Source of the DNA: a bacterium
GTDB lineage: Bacteria > UBA8248
Assembly (NCBI GenBank): GCA_965204535.1
Contig: CBDBEV010000001.1
Coordinates: 2,304,001 to 2,368,000, forward strand
DNA: 64,000 bases
Direction of reading: 5' to 3'
In this document: piece by piece, positions 36,966-46,689 of the stretch
Layout of the letters: the number at the start of each line of letters is the position of its first letter
Numbering within the stretch: the stretch's first letter is position 1
Program-made: the position numbers and the translations under genes
The notes under the pieces: generated by a model
The model's database searches: none
What the model was told of the DNA's origin: nothing
The model's input: only the letters and a program-made list of their open reading frames with translations

Positions 36966-38372
36966 ATGAACGATTCAGATTCTCTCATCACAGATGCCAT
37001 CGTCGAATTTGTCTTGAATACGGAGTACGAAGACATTCCTGAAGACGTGAGAGTAATCATGCGCCGATGTTTCGTGGATGGAGTCGGTCTGATGGTGGCT
37101 GGTTCCACGGAAGAAAGCGGCCATATCATCCAAAACTACCTCAAGGAAATCGGAGGAGAACCCGAGGCGCGCGTTATCGGAACTGAAATGACAGTGCCCG
37201 CGCATCTCGCTGCTTTGGCCAATGGCATCGCCGGCCACGCAATGGATTATGACGATACGCAGTTGAGCAGCTATCCGGATCGTGTGTATGGCCTGTTGAC
37301 TCACCCCACATGTCCAGTGATGCCTGCAGCTCTGGCCCTTGCCGAGGCGCTGGGCGCAACAGGACAGGAGCTGCTCACTGCATTTGCGCTGGGTTTTGAA
37401 GTGGAATGCAAGGTGGCGGAAGCGATTCGGCCGGATCATTACATCAAAGGATTTCATTCAACGGGAACTATCGGCGCCATCGGGGCGGCGACTGCTGCAG
37501 CGAAATTGATGGGATTGAATGAACACCAGTTGCGCATGTGTTACGGCATCGTTTGTTCGGAAAGCGCCGGTCTGCGTGCGAATTTTGGAACGATGACGAA
37601 GCCATACCACTGCGGCCGAGCGGCGGAGAATGGCGTCGTGGCGGCGAGGCTGGCATCGGGTGGCTACACTTCGGACCCCACGGTATTTGATGGGCAGTGG
37701 GGATTTTTCCAGATTATGGGTGGCGGCTGCGATAAAGATTATATCGTCGGTAAACTCGGAAACGCATGGTCAGCTGTGGATCCGGGCGTGTCGATTAAAC
37801 CCTACCCTTGCGGTTCCCTTGCGCACCCCGCTATGGATGCCGCCAGGGACCTGATTTTGGAAAACGACATCAAACCCGGCCAGGTGAAAGAGTTGCGTTT
37901 TGGCACCACCTCGCGCGTACTGGAGCCACTGCGCTACAAGGAACCACAAAACGAACTGGAGGCGAAATTCTCTCTGCAGTTCGGTTTCGGCATCTTGCTG
38001 CTGGAGCGCGCGGCCGGCATCGCTCAATATAAAGACGAAGTCGTAAAACGCCCCGATGTCGTAGAAATGATGAAAAAGGTGAATCCCTTCATGGACGATG
38101 AAATCGAAGCCCAGGGTTACGCGCTCATTCGCGGCAAGGTGGCGATAGAGCTTGAAGACGGGACGGTGTATGAAAAAATGTCTGAAATCTCACGTGGCAC
38201 TCCTCAGCGCCCCATGGACCGCGAGGAGCTTTATGAGAAATTCACGGAATGCACCGGCTTAGTGTACGAGGGCGATCAGATCGCCTTGATTGAGGCGATG
38301 CTCTACAAAATCGATACGCTCGAAAATATCCATGGTCTTATCGATCTCTTGGGCGAAAAAGTGGAAGCCTAA
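36966..38372 (+). CDS. MmgE/PrpD family protein
   Basis: NGIAGHAMDYDD, HPT, GFHSTGT, KPYPCG, AKFS. Confidence 0.92.
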   Translation: MNDSDSLITDAIVEFVLNTEYEDIPEDVRVIMRRCFVDGVGLMVAGSTEESGHIIQNYLKEIGGEPEARVIGTEMTVPAHLAALANGIAGHAMDYDDTQLSSYPDRVYGLLTHPTCPVMPAALALAEALGATGQELLTAFALGFEVECKVAEAIRPDHYIKGFHSTGTIGAIGAATAAAKLMGLNEHQLRMCYGIVCSESAGLRANFGTMTKPYHCGRAAENGVVAARLASGGYTSDPTVFDGQWGFFQIMGGGCDKDYIVGKLGNAWSAVDPGVSIKPYPCGSLAHPAMDAARDLILENDIKPGQVKELRFGTTSRVLEPLRYKEPQNELEAKFSLQFGFGILLLERAAGIAQYKDEVVKRPDVVEMMKKVNPFMDDEIEAQGYALIRGKVAIELEDGTVYEKMSEISRGTPQRPMDREELYEKFTECTGLVYEGDQIALIEAMLYKIDTLENIHGLIDLLGEKVEA

Positions 38373-38434
38373 CGATTTATCCCTCAAAGTTGTTCATCTA
38401 TTGTTCGTGGGACTGACAGGCAAGGGGAAAGAAT

Positions 38435-38830
38435 TTGGGTTTTCATCGCTGGGAAGATATTCCGCAAACTCAAAACCTTCGCAAGGGGACCATGCGCCGT
38501 GCAGCCGCGTTGGATGGATTGACAATGCAGCACGGCGAAATAGCTCCCGATACGCTGTTCGATGAGAGCACGATTCATCGCCACTCAGAAGAGCAGTTTA
38601 TCGTCGTGCTTGAGGGTAAACTGAAAATCCACATCGATGGGGTCGAGGAGTGGATCGAGCCCGGTGGTTTCGCCTCTATTCCGGGCGGTGTGTTCCACAG
38701 CGCAACGGGCGTGGGATCAGAAGGCGCGAAGTACATTGAAATATTGTCTTCGGGACGCATCGACTACTTGCCCGGCTATCTGGGTGAGCCCAAAAACGAA
38801 TTTTTGCATGAGAAGAAAAGCGATTCATGA
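38435..38830 (+). CDS. Cupin domain protein
   Basis: HRHSEEQ...IPGGVFH. Confidence 0.8.
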   Translation: MGFHRWEDIPQTQNLRKGTMRRAAALDGLTMQHGEIAPDTLFDESTIHRHSEEQFIVVLEGKLKIHIDGVEEWIEPGGFASIPGGVFHSATGVGSEGAKYIEILSSGRIDYLPGYLGEPKNEFLHEKKSDS

Positions 38831-39231
38831 TGGCAGAAGAGGCCAAAAGGGTTTTTGTTGTTTGCTCTGATTTGATGTTCTCCGCGGGCATTCGGGAAGC
38901 AGGGATATCCCGAGGCGTCAGATTGGAGTTCATCGATTCAGAGGAGAAATTTGACGAAGCTCTCGAAAAATATCGCGCCACATTATTCATGTCCGATTTG
39001 CATCACCACAAGCTAGGTGGTGAAAGAGCGGGCAAGCTCGTAAAAAAGCTAAAAGCCAGCCCCCAAAACCAAGACGCGTACACTATCGCTTGGGGCAAGC
39101 ATACCGAGCCGGAATTGCTCAAATCAGCGATGCAAGAGGGTTTTGACAAGGTGGTGCCCCGATCTTTGTTTGTGAAAGAAATGCCAGAGTACATTCGGCA
39201 AGCAGCGAGTCGAATTCAAGTGAGTGAATGA
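38827..39231 (+). CDS. Receiver-domain-like hypothetical protein
   Basis: DLMFS...DL...AWGKH...GFDKVVPRSLF pattern of atypical stand-alone receiver proteins. Confidence 0.65.
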   Translation: MMAEEAKRVFVVCSDLMFSAGIREAGISRGVRLEFIDSEEKFDEALEKYRATLFMSDLHHHKLGGERAGKLVKKLKASPQNQDAYTIAWGKHTEPELLKSAMQEGFDKVVPRSLFVKEMPEYIRQAASRIQVSE

Positions 39232-39551
39232 CCTTCCATAGCGAAGAAAAAAGACTCAACCCGGAAATATTTGATGGTTCCCTCATCTGGTGGTTGCATG
39301 TGCCAACATCTCGGCAAAATTACCTGCAAGCGGTATTGGAAGGTTATGACGATTTAGGGTACTACCAAACTTTTCATGCTTGCGCCGAGAAAAACGAACA
39401 CGGCGAACCCATGTCTCTGGCACGGCTGACCTCAACCGTTGACGATGAAGTCGAGACAAAGACGCTTCTTAAGGCACTCTCTCGTGAAATCAATCTTAAA
39501 ATCCTGGATTGTGCGCCTCCAATCAAACCCTCAGAACAACCAAGAGTATAA
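39228..39551 (+). CDS. Hypothetical protein (DUF4911-like)
   Basis: YLQAVLEGYDDLG motif; overlaps the upstream stop. Confidence 0.55.
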   Translation: MTFHSEEKRLNPEIFDGSLIWWLHVPTSRQNYLQAVLEGYDDLGYYQTFHACAEKNEHGEPMSLARLTSTVDDEVETKTLLKALSREINLKILDCAPPIKPSEQPRV

Positions 39552-39561
39552 AGGCATCTCG

Positions 39562-40389
39562 GTGACGCGTTGTTTTCTTACGCGGTTATTTTTGGCTCTT
39601 TTATTGGTTTTAGGATTTTGGACTTACTCTTCTGCGCTTGATCGCCTGAAACTCGCTACTACGACGAGTACGGAGAATTCCGGTTTGCTCAAGCAATTAC
39701 ATCCGGTATTCGAGAAAAGATATGGCGTTTCCGTGCACACCATATCTGTAGGTACGGGCAAGGCATTGCGCTTGGGGCAAAATGGCGATGTGGACGTTGT
39801 ACTCGTCCATGCGAAGAAAGCGGAAGATTTGTTCATGGCCAAGGGATACGGTGCTCACAGAAGAGGCGTCATGTATAACGATTTCGTGATTGTGGGCCCG
39901 GCATGGGACCCTGCCGGGGTTTTCAAGACATTCGATGTGTCCACAGCATTGCTTCAAATTAAAAATTCGAGAAGCCTTTGGTTCAGCAGGGGTGATGATT
40001 CCGGAACACACAAAAAAGAGTTGGAACTTTGGAGAGGCACCGGCGTTGGCGTGTTTGGTTCCTGGTATCGCGCTTTGGGTCAAGGAATGGGCAGGACGCT
40101 GATGGCGGCGGATGAGAAAAGCGGATACACGCTTACAGACAGGGGCACGTATATCGCTCTCGTTGCGAACAATAAGATTTCTCTCAAGATTCAAGGCCCG
40201 AGAGGAGAGCGTTTGCACAATCCCTATAGCGTAATTGCCGTGAACCCAAAGCGCCATCCGCATGTAAAATTTGATTTGGCGTTGAAATATATCGGTTTTC
40301 TTACATCCGGAGAAGGTCAAGGCATCATTCGTGATTTTCGGCTCTTGGGAAAGCAGCTATTTTATCCAAACGCGAAAAACCCCCGTTGA
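39562..40389 (+). CDS. tupA: Tungstate ABC transporter substrate-binding protein
   Basis: Diagnostic ATTTS motif, SGLL, GTGKAL, YNDF, SRGDDSGTH. Confidence 0.9.
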   Translation: MTRCFLTRLFLALLLVLGFWTYSSALDRLKLATTTSTENSGLLKQLHPVFEKRYGVSVHTISVGTGKALRLGQNGDVDVVLVHAKKAEDLFMAKGYGAHRRGVMYNDFVIVGPAWDPAGVFKTFDVSTALLQIKNSRSLWFSRGDDSGTHKKELELWRGTGVGVFGSWYRALGQGMGRTLMAADEKSGYTLTDRGTYIALVANNKISLKIQGPRGERLHNPYSVIAVNPKRHPHVKFDLALKYIGFLTSGEGQGIIRDFRLLGKQLFYPNAKNPR

Positions 40390-40410
40390 TAGGATTGGAG
40401 GAGGAGCGTT

Positions 40411-41097
40411 TTGGAATACTTGCTTGATGGATTTGCCGATGGATTGATGCGCGTACTTCGGGCGGATCCTCAAGTCATGCTCGCCGCCTGGGTGACCATC
40501 AAGGTGGGTTGCTGGGCTACGATTCTGGCGTCTCTCATCGGTTTGCCTGTTGGGTTTTTGCTGGCGGTGGGCCGTTTCAAAGGGCGCGGGTTCGCTATCA
40601 CACTGCTTCAGACTTCTTTGGGCTTGCCTACTGTCGTTATCGGTTTGCTCGCATACGGTTTTCTCTCCAGGCGAGGCCCTTTGGGATTCGCTGACTTGTT
40701 GTTTACGCCCTCGGCCATTGTTGTTGGATTGGTAGTTCTAGCGGTTCCACTCGTAGCGGTATTCTCCATGACGTCTGTGGCATCCGTTGATGAAAGGGTA
40801 CGGGAAACTGCTCTTACATTGGGTGCGCCGAACAGGCTTGTGGCATGGACGGTGCTTCGCGAAGCCCGCTTTGGAATGATGGCCGCAGTGTTGGCGGCGT
40901 TTGGCCGTGTATCCTCGGAAGTGGGAATCGCCATGATGCTCGGAGGGAATATAGAAGGATATACACGGACCCTGACCACAGCCATTGCGCTTGAAAGCAT
41001 GAAAGGTGAATTCGGTTTCGGAATCGCGTTGGGCGTTGTGCTTTTGGGAATTATTTTCGTGACGAATTTGCTTTCTCGCTACATTCAAAGGTCATGA
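40411..41097 (+). CDS. tupB: Tungstate ABC transporter permease
   Basis: GLPTVVIGL...SRRGPLG, EVG...GGNI...TRTLTTAIALE. Confidence 0.9.
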   Translation: MEYLLDGFADGLMRVLRADPQVMLAAWVTIKVGCWATILASLIGLPVGFLLAVGRFKGRGFAITLLQTSLGLPTVVIGLLAYGFLSRRGPLGFADLLFTPSAIVVGLVVLAVPLVAVFSMTSVASVDERVRETALTLGAPNRLVAWTVLREARFGMMAAVLAAFGRVSSEVGIAMMLGGNIEGYTRTLTTAIALESMKGEFGFGIALGVVLLGIIFVTNLLSRYIQRS

Positions 41098-41098
41098 G

Positions 41099-41743
41099 AT
41101 GGAAGTGTTCTTTCTGGAAAACGTAAAATTTCGTTTTGAGACCGATTTGGTCCTGGACATCGAGAGGGTGACGGTCTCGTCCGGCGAGGTGGTGCTGCTC
41201 ACTGGCGCGAATGGTTCCGGGAAAACAACACTTTTGCGCGTGATGGCGGGTTTGCTTACGCCTGAAGATGGTGTGATCCAATATAAGAGTGAACCCGTCA
41301 TTTTCGGCAAAGCAGGACTTGAACACAGGAGAAGGGTCACACTCCTTGCCCAGGAGCCATATCTTTTTCGGGGAAACGTGTTGCTGAATGTTTCTTATGG
41401 GCCCCGTGCACGCGGGATGAGCAATTCGCAAGCGAATAAAATAGCTCAAGACGCCATTCTCAAAACGAGATGCGAAGGTTTGATTCACCGGGACGCTGCC
41501 AAACTCTCCGGGGGGGAGAAAAAGCGCGTAGCCCTCGCCAGGGCGTTGGCGGCGGGAGCGGAAACCCTTCTCCTGGATGAGCCCATCTCTCATCTGGATG
41601 AGGAAAACAGCAAACTGATTGCCCAAATAATCAAAGAGTTGGCCGCCTCTGGAATCACTCTGGTCGTGAGTACTCACATACCGGAATGGGCAAGTGCTCT
41701 CTCGGTGAAGGATGTGCGGCTTGCTTATGGCAGGATAGTCTAA
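41099..41743 (+). CDS. tupC: Tungstate ABC transporter ATPase
   Basis: GANGSGKT, LSGGE, LLDEP; operonic with tupAB. Confidence 0.85.
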   Translation: MEVFFLENVKFRFETDLVLDIERVTVSSGEVVLLTGANGSGKTTLLRVMAGLLTPEDGVIQYKSEPVIFGKAGLEHRRRVTLLAQEPYLFRGNVLLNVSYGPRARGMSNSQANKIAQDAILKTRCEGLIHRDAAKLSGGEKKRVALARALAAGAETLLLDEPISHLDEENSKLIAQIIKELAASGITLVVSTHIPEWASALSVKDVRLAYGRIV

Positions 41744-41744
41744 C

Positions 41745-42497
41745 TCAGGGCAATCCAGTTTCATCGGCATGGTGCGAATCCCCGAACAGATCGGCCTCGA
41801 GCGAACCTCCGCGCCAAACGGGGTGTTGCCTGACATAATAATCCACCAATCCCGCCTCAAACACTTTTGGTTGCGTGTAATCGGTAGCTTGTCTTTGGGA
41901 GCGGTGGCATGCGTGCGCTTTTCGTCTCGCGTGCGGATAGTTTCTCCCATCAATAATGGTCGTGTAGTCATCCCGATAAACGAGGTCGGAGCGATTATAT
42001 ATTTCGCGCCTTTTCGCTGGCGATATTCGGTGGTACAGGCGTTTGGGAGCATCTCCCGGATTTTTCCTCACAAGCCGATGGAAAGCTTTTGTGGTCCAGC
42101 CGCCGACGGTGATGTGGTCTGGGTGTCCCGTAACACCGTCTTCCCCGTATGTTACGACCACGTCGGGAGAAAAGTTTCGGATAAATTCTTCGAGCCGAGG
42201 AAGAATTTCCGAATCTTCAATTGATTTCAATCCTCCATCCGGGTAGTTCCAGAGCGTCATATCTTTCACGCCCAGCACACGGCAGGCGTCTTTGAGTTCC
42301 GCATGCCGAACATCACCCAACTCATCCGGTCTGCATACACCGTTCGTGAGGCCTGCTTCTCCTCGGGTCAGGGTAAGGAGGCCCATTCGCACGCCTTGGT
42401 TTGCGTAGAGTGTGAACGTGGCCGGGTTTCCGAAGGATTCATCATCCGGATGTGCGTAAACGTGGAGAATGGAACGCTGAGAGGTAGATTTATTCAT
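41745..42497 (-). CDS. PIG-L family deacetylase (MshB/BshB/Mca-like)
   Basis: AHPDDE, TRGEAG, GHPDH, HRSQ. Confidence 0.9.
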   Translation of the reverse strand: MNKSTSQRSILHVYAHPDDESFGNPATFTLYANQGVRMGLLTLTRGEAGLTNGVCRPDELGDVRHAELKDACRVLGVKDMTLWNYPDGGLKSIEDSEILPRLEEFIRNFSPDVVVTYGEDGVTGHPDHITVGGWTTKAFHRLVRKNPGDAPKRLYHRISPAKRREIYNRSDLVYRDDYTTIIDGRNYPHARRKAHACHRSQRQATDYTQPKVFEAGLVDYYVRQHPVWRGGSLEADLFGDSHHADETGLP

Positions 42498-42796
42498 AAC
42501 GAAGAAATGAGTTAGAAAGCCTCCAAAAACAAGACCTGCATATTATCATTTCAAATCCATGGTTCAAGAATTACGCCCTCCGTTTTTCTTTTTGTGATGC
42601 AACTCATGGAATCAAATTTGATCGATCGACAAAAAGGTTTTTTCAAGAAATCCGTCCTCTTGCCCTGTATCCATCTTTGGTTTATATGAAACCTATGCCC
42701 AAGAGACCCTAAAATTTGTTATTATCAAGCCAATAACCAAGTTCGATGCCGCTCAATGATTCGGAAAGCCCTGTTCCATTACAAGGAGTCGGTACT

Positions 42797-43954
42797 GTGG
42801 AGTTAGCTATTTCAAGGGATACGTTGCTCAGAGCCCTACAGACGATACAAGGTGTCGTCGAAAACAGAAGCAGCGCAATGCCAATACTACAAAATGTGCT
42901 TGTCGAGACCGAAGGTGATCAGAATATCCGTTTATTGGGTACGAATCTTGATATCAGCATGCGGGGTATGTTTGAGGCTGAAGTAGAAAAAGCGGGGAAA
43001 ATTACGCTCAATGCAAGGAAATTGTTCGACATTGTCCGAGAACTTCCTGAAGCGGAAGTTCGTTTCACGGAAGAAGACGGACAGTGGATTGAAATGCGCT
43101 GTGAGCGCTCGAAATTTCGTTTTCCGGGATTGCCGCCTGCGGAATTTCCCGCACTTCCAGAATCGAAAGAATCAGGCGCACACACAATTTCTGCTTCGGT
43201 TTTATCTGAAATGATTCGAAAAACGATGTTTGCGATATCGCAGGATGAGACACGCTATACTTACAATGGCGTTTTCATGGAAACCGAAGCCGACACCCTG
43301 CGCCTTGTCGCAACGGATGGCCATCGATTGGCGATGATCGAGCGGCCGAGCGAAGGGTTGGTGCTTAATGAAGGAGTGATAGTCCACAAAAAAGCTTTGG
43401 GAGAACTCGTAAAGCTCTTGCAAGGCGTCGAGGGTGACGTATCCGTTTCTCTCACCCACGTCCCGAGCGGTCAGGGCTTGTCTCTTTCGGGAGACGAAGC
43501 TTCTGTCTCCCTCACTCCAAACCACATTATTTTTCAAATGGGGAATATTGCCTTATCGGCTCGGCTGATAGACGGTGAATTTCCAAAATACAGGCAAGTG
43601 ATTCCAGATAACAATGAGCACTCCATTTTGATGAACCGGGAAAGTTTAACGCAAGCACTCAGGCGGGTTTCCCTTTTTACCAACGAAACGCGCATGGTGA
43701 AGTTCGCGTTTTCCCCGGGCCAGTTGAAGTTGACGACGAACGGTTCAGAGGTGGGGGAAGCTGAGGAAATCATAGAATCGAACGCGCAGACTGACATTAC
43801 GATTGGATTTAACTCAAGGTATTGTCTGGATGCGCTCTCCATATTGGACGAAGAACAAGTCAGCATGGAGTTAAAGGATTCGCTGAGTCCCGGGGTACTC
43901 TCTCCCAAAGACTCGGACGGTTATACATATGTTGTAATGCCGATGCGTGTCTAA
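42797..43954 (+). CDS. dnaN: DNA polymerase III beta sliding clamp
   Basis: MPILQNVL, VATDGHRL, RLIDGEFPKY, IGFNSRY, YVVMPMRV; GTG 42797 with AAGGAG RBS. Confidence 0.95.
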   Translation: MELAISRDTLLRALQTIQGVVENRSSAMPILQNVLVETEGDQNIRLLGTNLDISMRGMFEAEVEKAGKITLNARKLFDIVRELPEAEVRFTEEDGQWIEMRCERSKFRFPGLPPAEFPALPESKESGAHTISASVLSEMIRKTMFAISQDETRYTYNGVFMETEADTLRLVATDGHRLAMIERPSEGLVLNEGVIVHKKALGELVKLLQGVEGDVSVSLTHVPSGQGLSLSGDEASVSLTPNHIIFQMGNIALSARLIDGEFPKYRQVIPDNNEHSILMNRESLTQALRRVSLFTNETRMVKFAFSPGQLKLTTNGSEVGEAEEIIESNAQTDITIGFNSRYCLDALSILDEEQVSMELKDSLSPGVLSPKDSDGYTYVVMPMRV

Positions 43955-44035
43955 GCATCTTTTCGATTTGCGTAAAGGTTCCATTATGTGTAGCTAATTT
44001 CCCAAAATGGAAATGTTTTGGAATCGTCGTTTCTG

Positions 44036-44068
44036 AGGCGCCTCTTTGGTGGGGCGCCTGTATTTTTT
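44036..44068 (+). terminator. Probable intrinsic terminator after dnaN
   Basis: AGGCGCCTC...GGGGCGCCT hairpin followed by a T-rich run. Confidence 0.5.
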
Positions 44069-44087
44069 CTGTCGTGGATTCGGCTAG

Positions 44088-45323
44088 ATGAAGTTTTATT
44101 TTTCAGAGAAGACGAGTGAGAATTCTAGCCGCTATTATGGCTGGGTGATAGTGGGCCTCACCTTTTTCACCATGGCTGTCGGTGGCTCCATCGTCGGTAC
44201 TTTTCCTGTTTTCTACGTGGCTTTTCTCAATGAATTTGGGTGGTCTCGAGCAGACACCGCTCTGGCGTTTTCTTTTTCAATGGCCACGTTTGCGATTTCG
44301 GCCGGCTTTATCGGGGCAATGGTGGACCGATGGGGCCCGAGAGTGATCATCCCTACGGGCATCACGATTCTATGCATCGGCCTTGTATTAATGTCACAGG
44401 TTTCCAGTTTACCCACCTTGTATTTTTTCTATGGAGGCGTTGTGGCACTAGGCATTACCATGTTCGGGTTCATTCCTACGAGCACTGTTGTGAGTCAATG
44501 GTTTGTGCAACGCCGCTCTGTGGCAATGGGGATATCGTTATCGGGAAGGAGTTGTGGCGGTATCCTCATGGTTCCGTTTTCCGCCTACCTCATCGCGACT
44601 TTCGGGTGGCGTGCGGCGTATGTTTTGTTGGCGATTGGCATCATCGTCTTGTTGGTTCCCTTGAATCTGCTTTTACATCGTAGCCGCGTCGACATGACGG
44701 AAAGAAAAACAGGGGACGACCTCGGGCCGAGTTGGACCTTGAAAGAGGCCCTGTCTGATTCAGTCTTTTGGTTGTTGTTTCTGGCAGGGATATTTAATGG
44801 CGTTGGTTTCAGCATTGTCGGCGTGCATCAGGCGGCCCACATGGTTGATGTGGGAATGAGCACCATGAAAGCCGCCTCCTTGATAGGGGGTCTGGCTGTA
44901 GTCAGAGCCTTGGGAGGCATTTTGGGCGGATGGGTGGGGGATAGAATCGGGCGAACCCGAACCTTTTATCTGCTTAGCTTGGTTGCCATGTCGGGCGTTT
45001 TTTTGCTGATGAATCTATCTGAACGCCTTGCTTGGCTGGGATACGCTTATGTTCTGGTGTATGGCATTGGCGCCGGTGCTCGAGGTGCAATTTTCGTATC
45101 GCTGAAGGCGGATATTTTCGCTGGCAAGAGTTTTGGCCGAATCCTGGGTTTTAGTCAAACGGGAGGAGGATTGGCCTCAGCCGTCGGGCCTTGGATTGCG
45201 GGATATATTTTTGACTTATGGGAAAGCTATTACTGGGCGTTTATTCTCGTGTTGGCGGTTCAGGTTTTTTCGCTTATTGCAGTGGCGGCGGCGTCTTCTC
45301 AAGCAAAGAGAAGGAAAGGGTGA
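44088..45323 (+). CDS. MFS transporter
   Basis: GAMVDRWGPR and GWVGDRIGR MFS loop motifs; about 12 TM segments. Confidence 0.9.
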   Translation: MKFYFSEKTSENSSRYYGWVIVGLTFFTMAVGGSIVGTFPVFYVAFLNEFGWSRADTALAFSFSMATFAISAGFIGAMVDRWGPRVIIPTGITILCIGLVLMSQVSSLPTLYFFYGGVVALGITMFGFIPTSTVVSQWFVQRRSVAMGISLSGRSCGGILMVPFSAYLIATFGWRAAYVLLAIGIIVLLVPLNLLLHRSRVDMTERKTGDDLGPSWTLKEALSDSVFWLLFLAGIFNGVGFSIVGVHQAAHMVDVGMSTMKAASLIGGLAVVRALGGILGGWVGDRIGRTRTFYLLSLVAMSGVFLLMNLSERLAWLGYAYVLVYGIGAGARGAIFVSLKADIFAGKSFGRILGFSQTGGGLASAVGPWIAGYIFDLWESYYWAFILVLAVQVFSLIAVAAASSQAKRRKG

Positions 45324-45338
45324 TTTTCCTGACTGTAT

Positions 45339-45911
45339 TCAGGAAGCTGCTTTTTCTTTTTCTGCAATCATCGATTCGATGAAGGAAATCATACTTTCAG
45401 GTGATGTTTGTTCAATATTCAATGTGCTGTGATATAGAGTTGAATCGGCAAAATCGACATTGAAGAAATATTGGGAAAACAAACCCTGATCCCGGTCTGA
45501 CCTCTTGATGGTTTCCTCCGCCGCAGTTCTCGTTACGCCTGACGATTCCATGAAGTGTCGGATGCGGGCTTCCAGGCTGCCGACGATCCGAAGATGCAGG
45601 GCATCGGTTCGATCCTTGAGGAGTATCTGACCACCCCACCCGCCGATAACCACGTTCCCTTTGTCTGCCGCTTCGTTCATGCTTTCAGATAAAACGCTTC
45701 GTAAGCTGTCTCGTCCGACGCCAAAGGTGCGTTCTAGGATTGTTGGAGCACGGCCTTCTATTTTCTCTAAATCCAGGGTCAAGCCTCGTTGTTTGCAAAT
45801 TTCGACGAGTTCGTCACGTCCCAAAAACGCATAACCTAATTCGTCCGCGAGCTGGTGCGCAATGAAAATTCCACCGGTCCCGTATTGACGTGAAATGGTG
45901 ATGACGGCCAT
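45339..45911 (-). CDS. Cytidylate kinase-like protein
   Basis: ITISRQYGTGG, VVIGGWGG, SD.D...F...F. Confidence 0.85.
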   Translation of the reverse strand: MAVITISRQYGTGGIFIAHQLADELGYAFLGRDELVEICKQRGLTLDLEKIEGRAPTILERTFGVGRDSLRSVLSESMNEAADKGNVVIGGWGGQILLKDRTDALHLRIVGSLEARIRHFMESSGVTRTAAEETIKRSDRDQGLFSQYFFNVDFADSTLYHSTLNIEQTSPESMISFIESMIAEKEKAAS

Positions 45912-46090
45912 GTGAAATCTCCTATTTTATGAACTCTATTTTAATAATACTTGTTCCACCAATCTTATCAAAATTAATCATATCGCACGACCTTGATGAA
46001 CAGCGCGTTTTTTGACCTCACTTGGCGAGATGGAGGTGAAAGGTGTCTTCGGGTATTCTGTAGCCGAGAGTTTCGGAGCAACCTGCACCG

Positions 46091-46684
46091 ATGATCACCG
46101 ATGGAGAGATAGGTTTCGTGAAAATTCCACCCGACGAACTTCTTGAACGCCTTGGTGTGCATACTCCGCTGTATGCCGCGGATGAAAAAGGAATTTTCGC
46201 TGTCTTGAATGATCAGGAAAAGGGCCATTTTTTCGCAGTGGATCGCGAAAGCGGCAATTTCCGCTGGCGAGTGGAGAACACGGCGGGTTGGGTGATAGCG
46301 CCTCCTCTCATCTGGGGAGATTTATACATCGTGGGTACAAGCAGCGCGGAAATGAGAAGAGAAGAAAAAGGAGGGCCGTTTGCGACGGTGGACTGGAAGC
46401 GTGGAGGTTCCGTTTATGTTTTCGGCGCAAGCGATGGCGCTGTGCGGTTTTGGGATGAAAAAACTGGCGTGGTAAGAGATAGCCTCAGAGTAGAGGATGC
46501 CGTCTTGATCGTGGAGGGAGAAATTCGGGTAGGTGGTTTTCAGGACGAAGAGCCGTGGTCTTCATCTTGCGAGGTGGAAAGTCGTTTCTCTTTAATATCA
46601 AAACGCTTGATCGCCCGCCGTGTGCGCGGAGATGTTCCTTTTGGATATTTTGAGGGAGAAGCGTCGCCAACTGAGTGGGTGTGA
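46091..46684 (+). CDS. Hypothetical protein with PQQ-like beta-propeller repeats
   Basis: FAVDRESGNFRW and VFGASDGAVRFW repeats; start uncertain. Confidence 0.55.
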   Translation: MITDGEIGFVKIPPDELLERLGVHTPLYAADEKGIFAVLNDQEKGHFFAVDRESGNFRWRVENTAGWVIAPPLIWGDLYIVGTSSAEMRREEKGGPFATVDWKRGGSVYVFGASDGAVRFWDEKTGVVRDSLRVEDAVLIVEGEIRVGGFQDEEPWSSSCEVESRFSLISKRLIARRVRGDVPFGYFEGEASPTEWV

Positions 46685-46689
46685 GGTTC

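Noticed and set aside
16630-39231. Other TGA stops (e.g. 16633, 28639, 38830, 39231) as further selenocysteine codons
   Set aside because: They are ATGA stop/start overlaps at normal protein ends, not at conserved Cys positions.
39562-41743. tupABC as functionally tied to the molybdo-hydroxylase at 12-14 kb
   Set aside because: It is 25 kb away in a separate gene run; no sequence evidence links them.
42500-42796. oriC upstream of dnaN
   Set aside because: AT-rich, but I found no TTATCCACA DnaA boxes and no dnaA.
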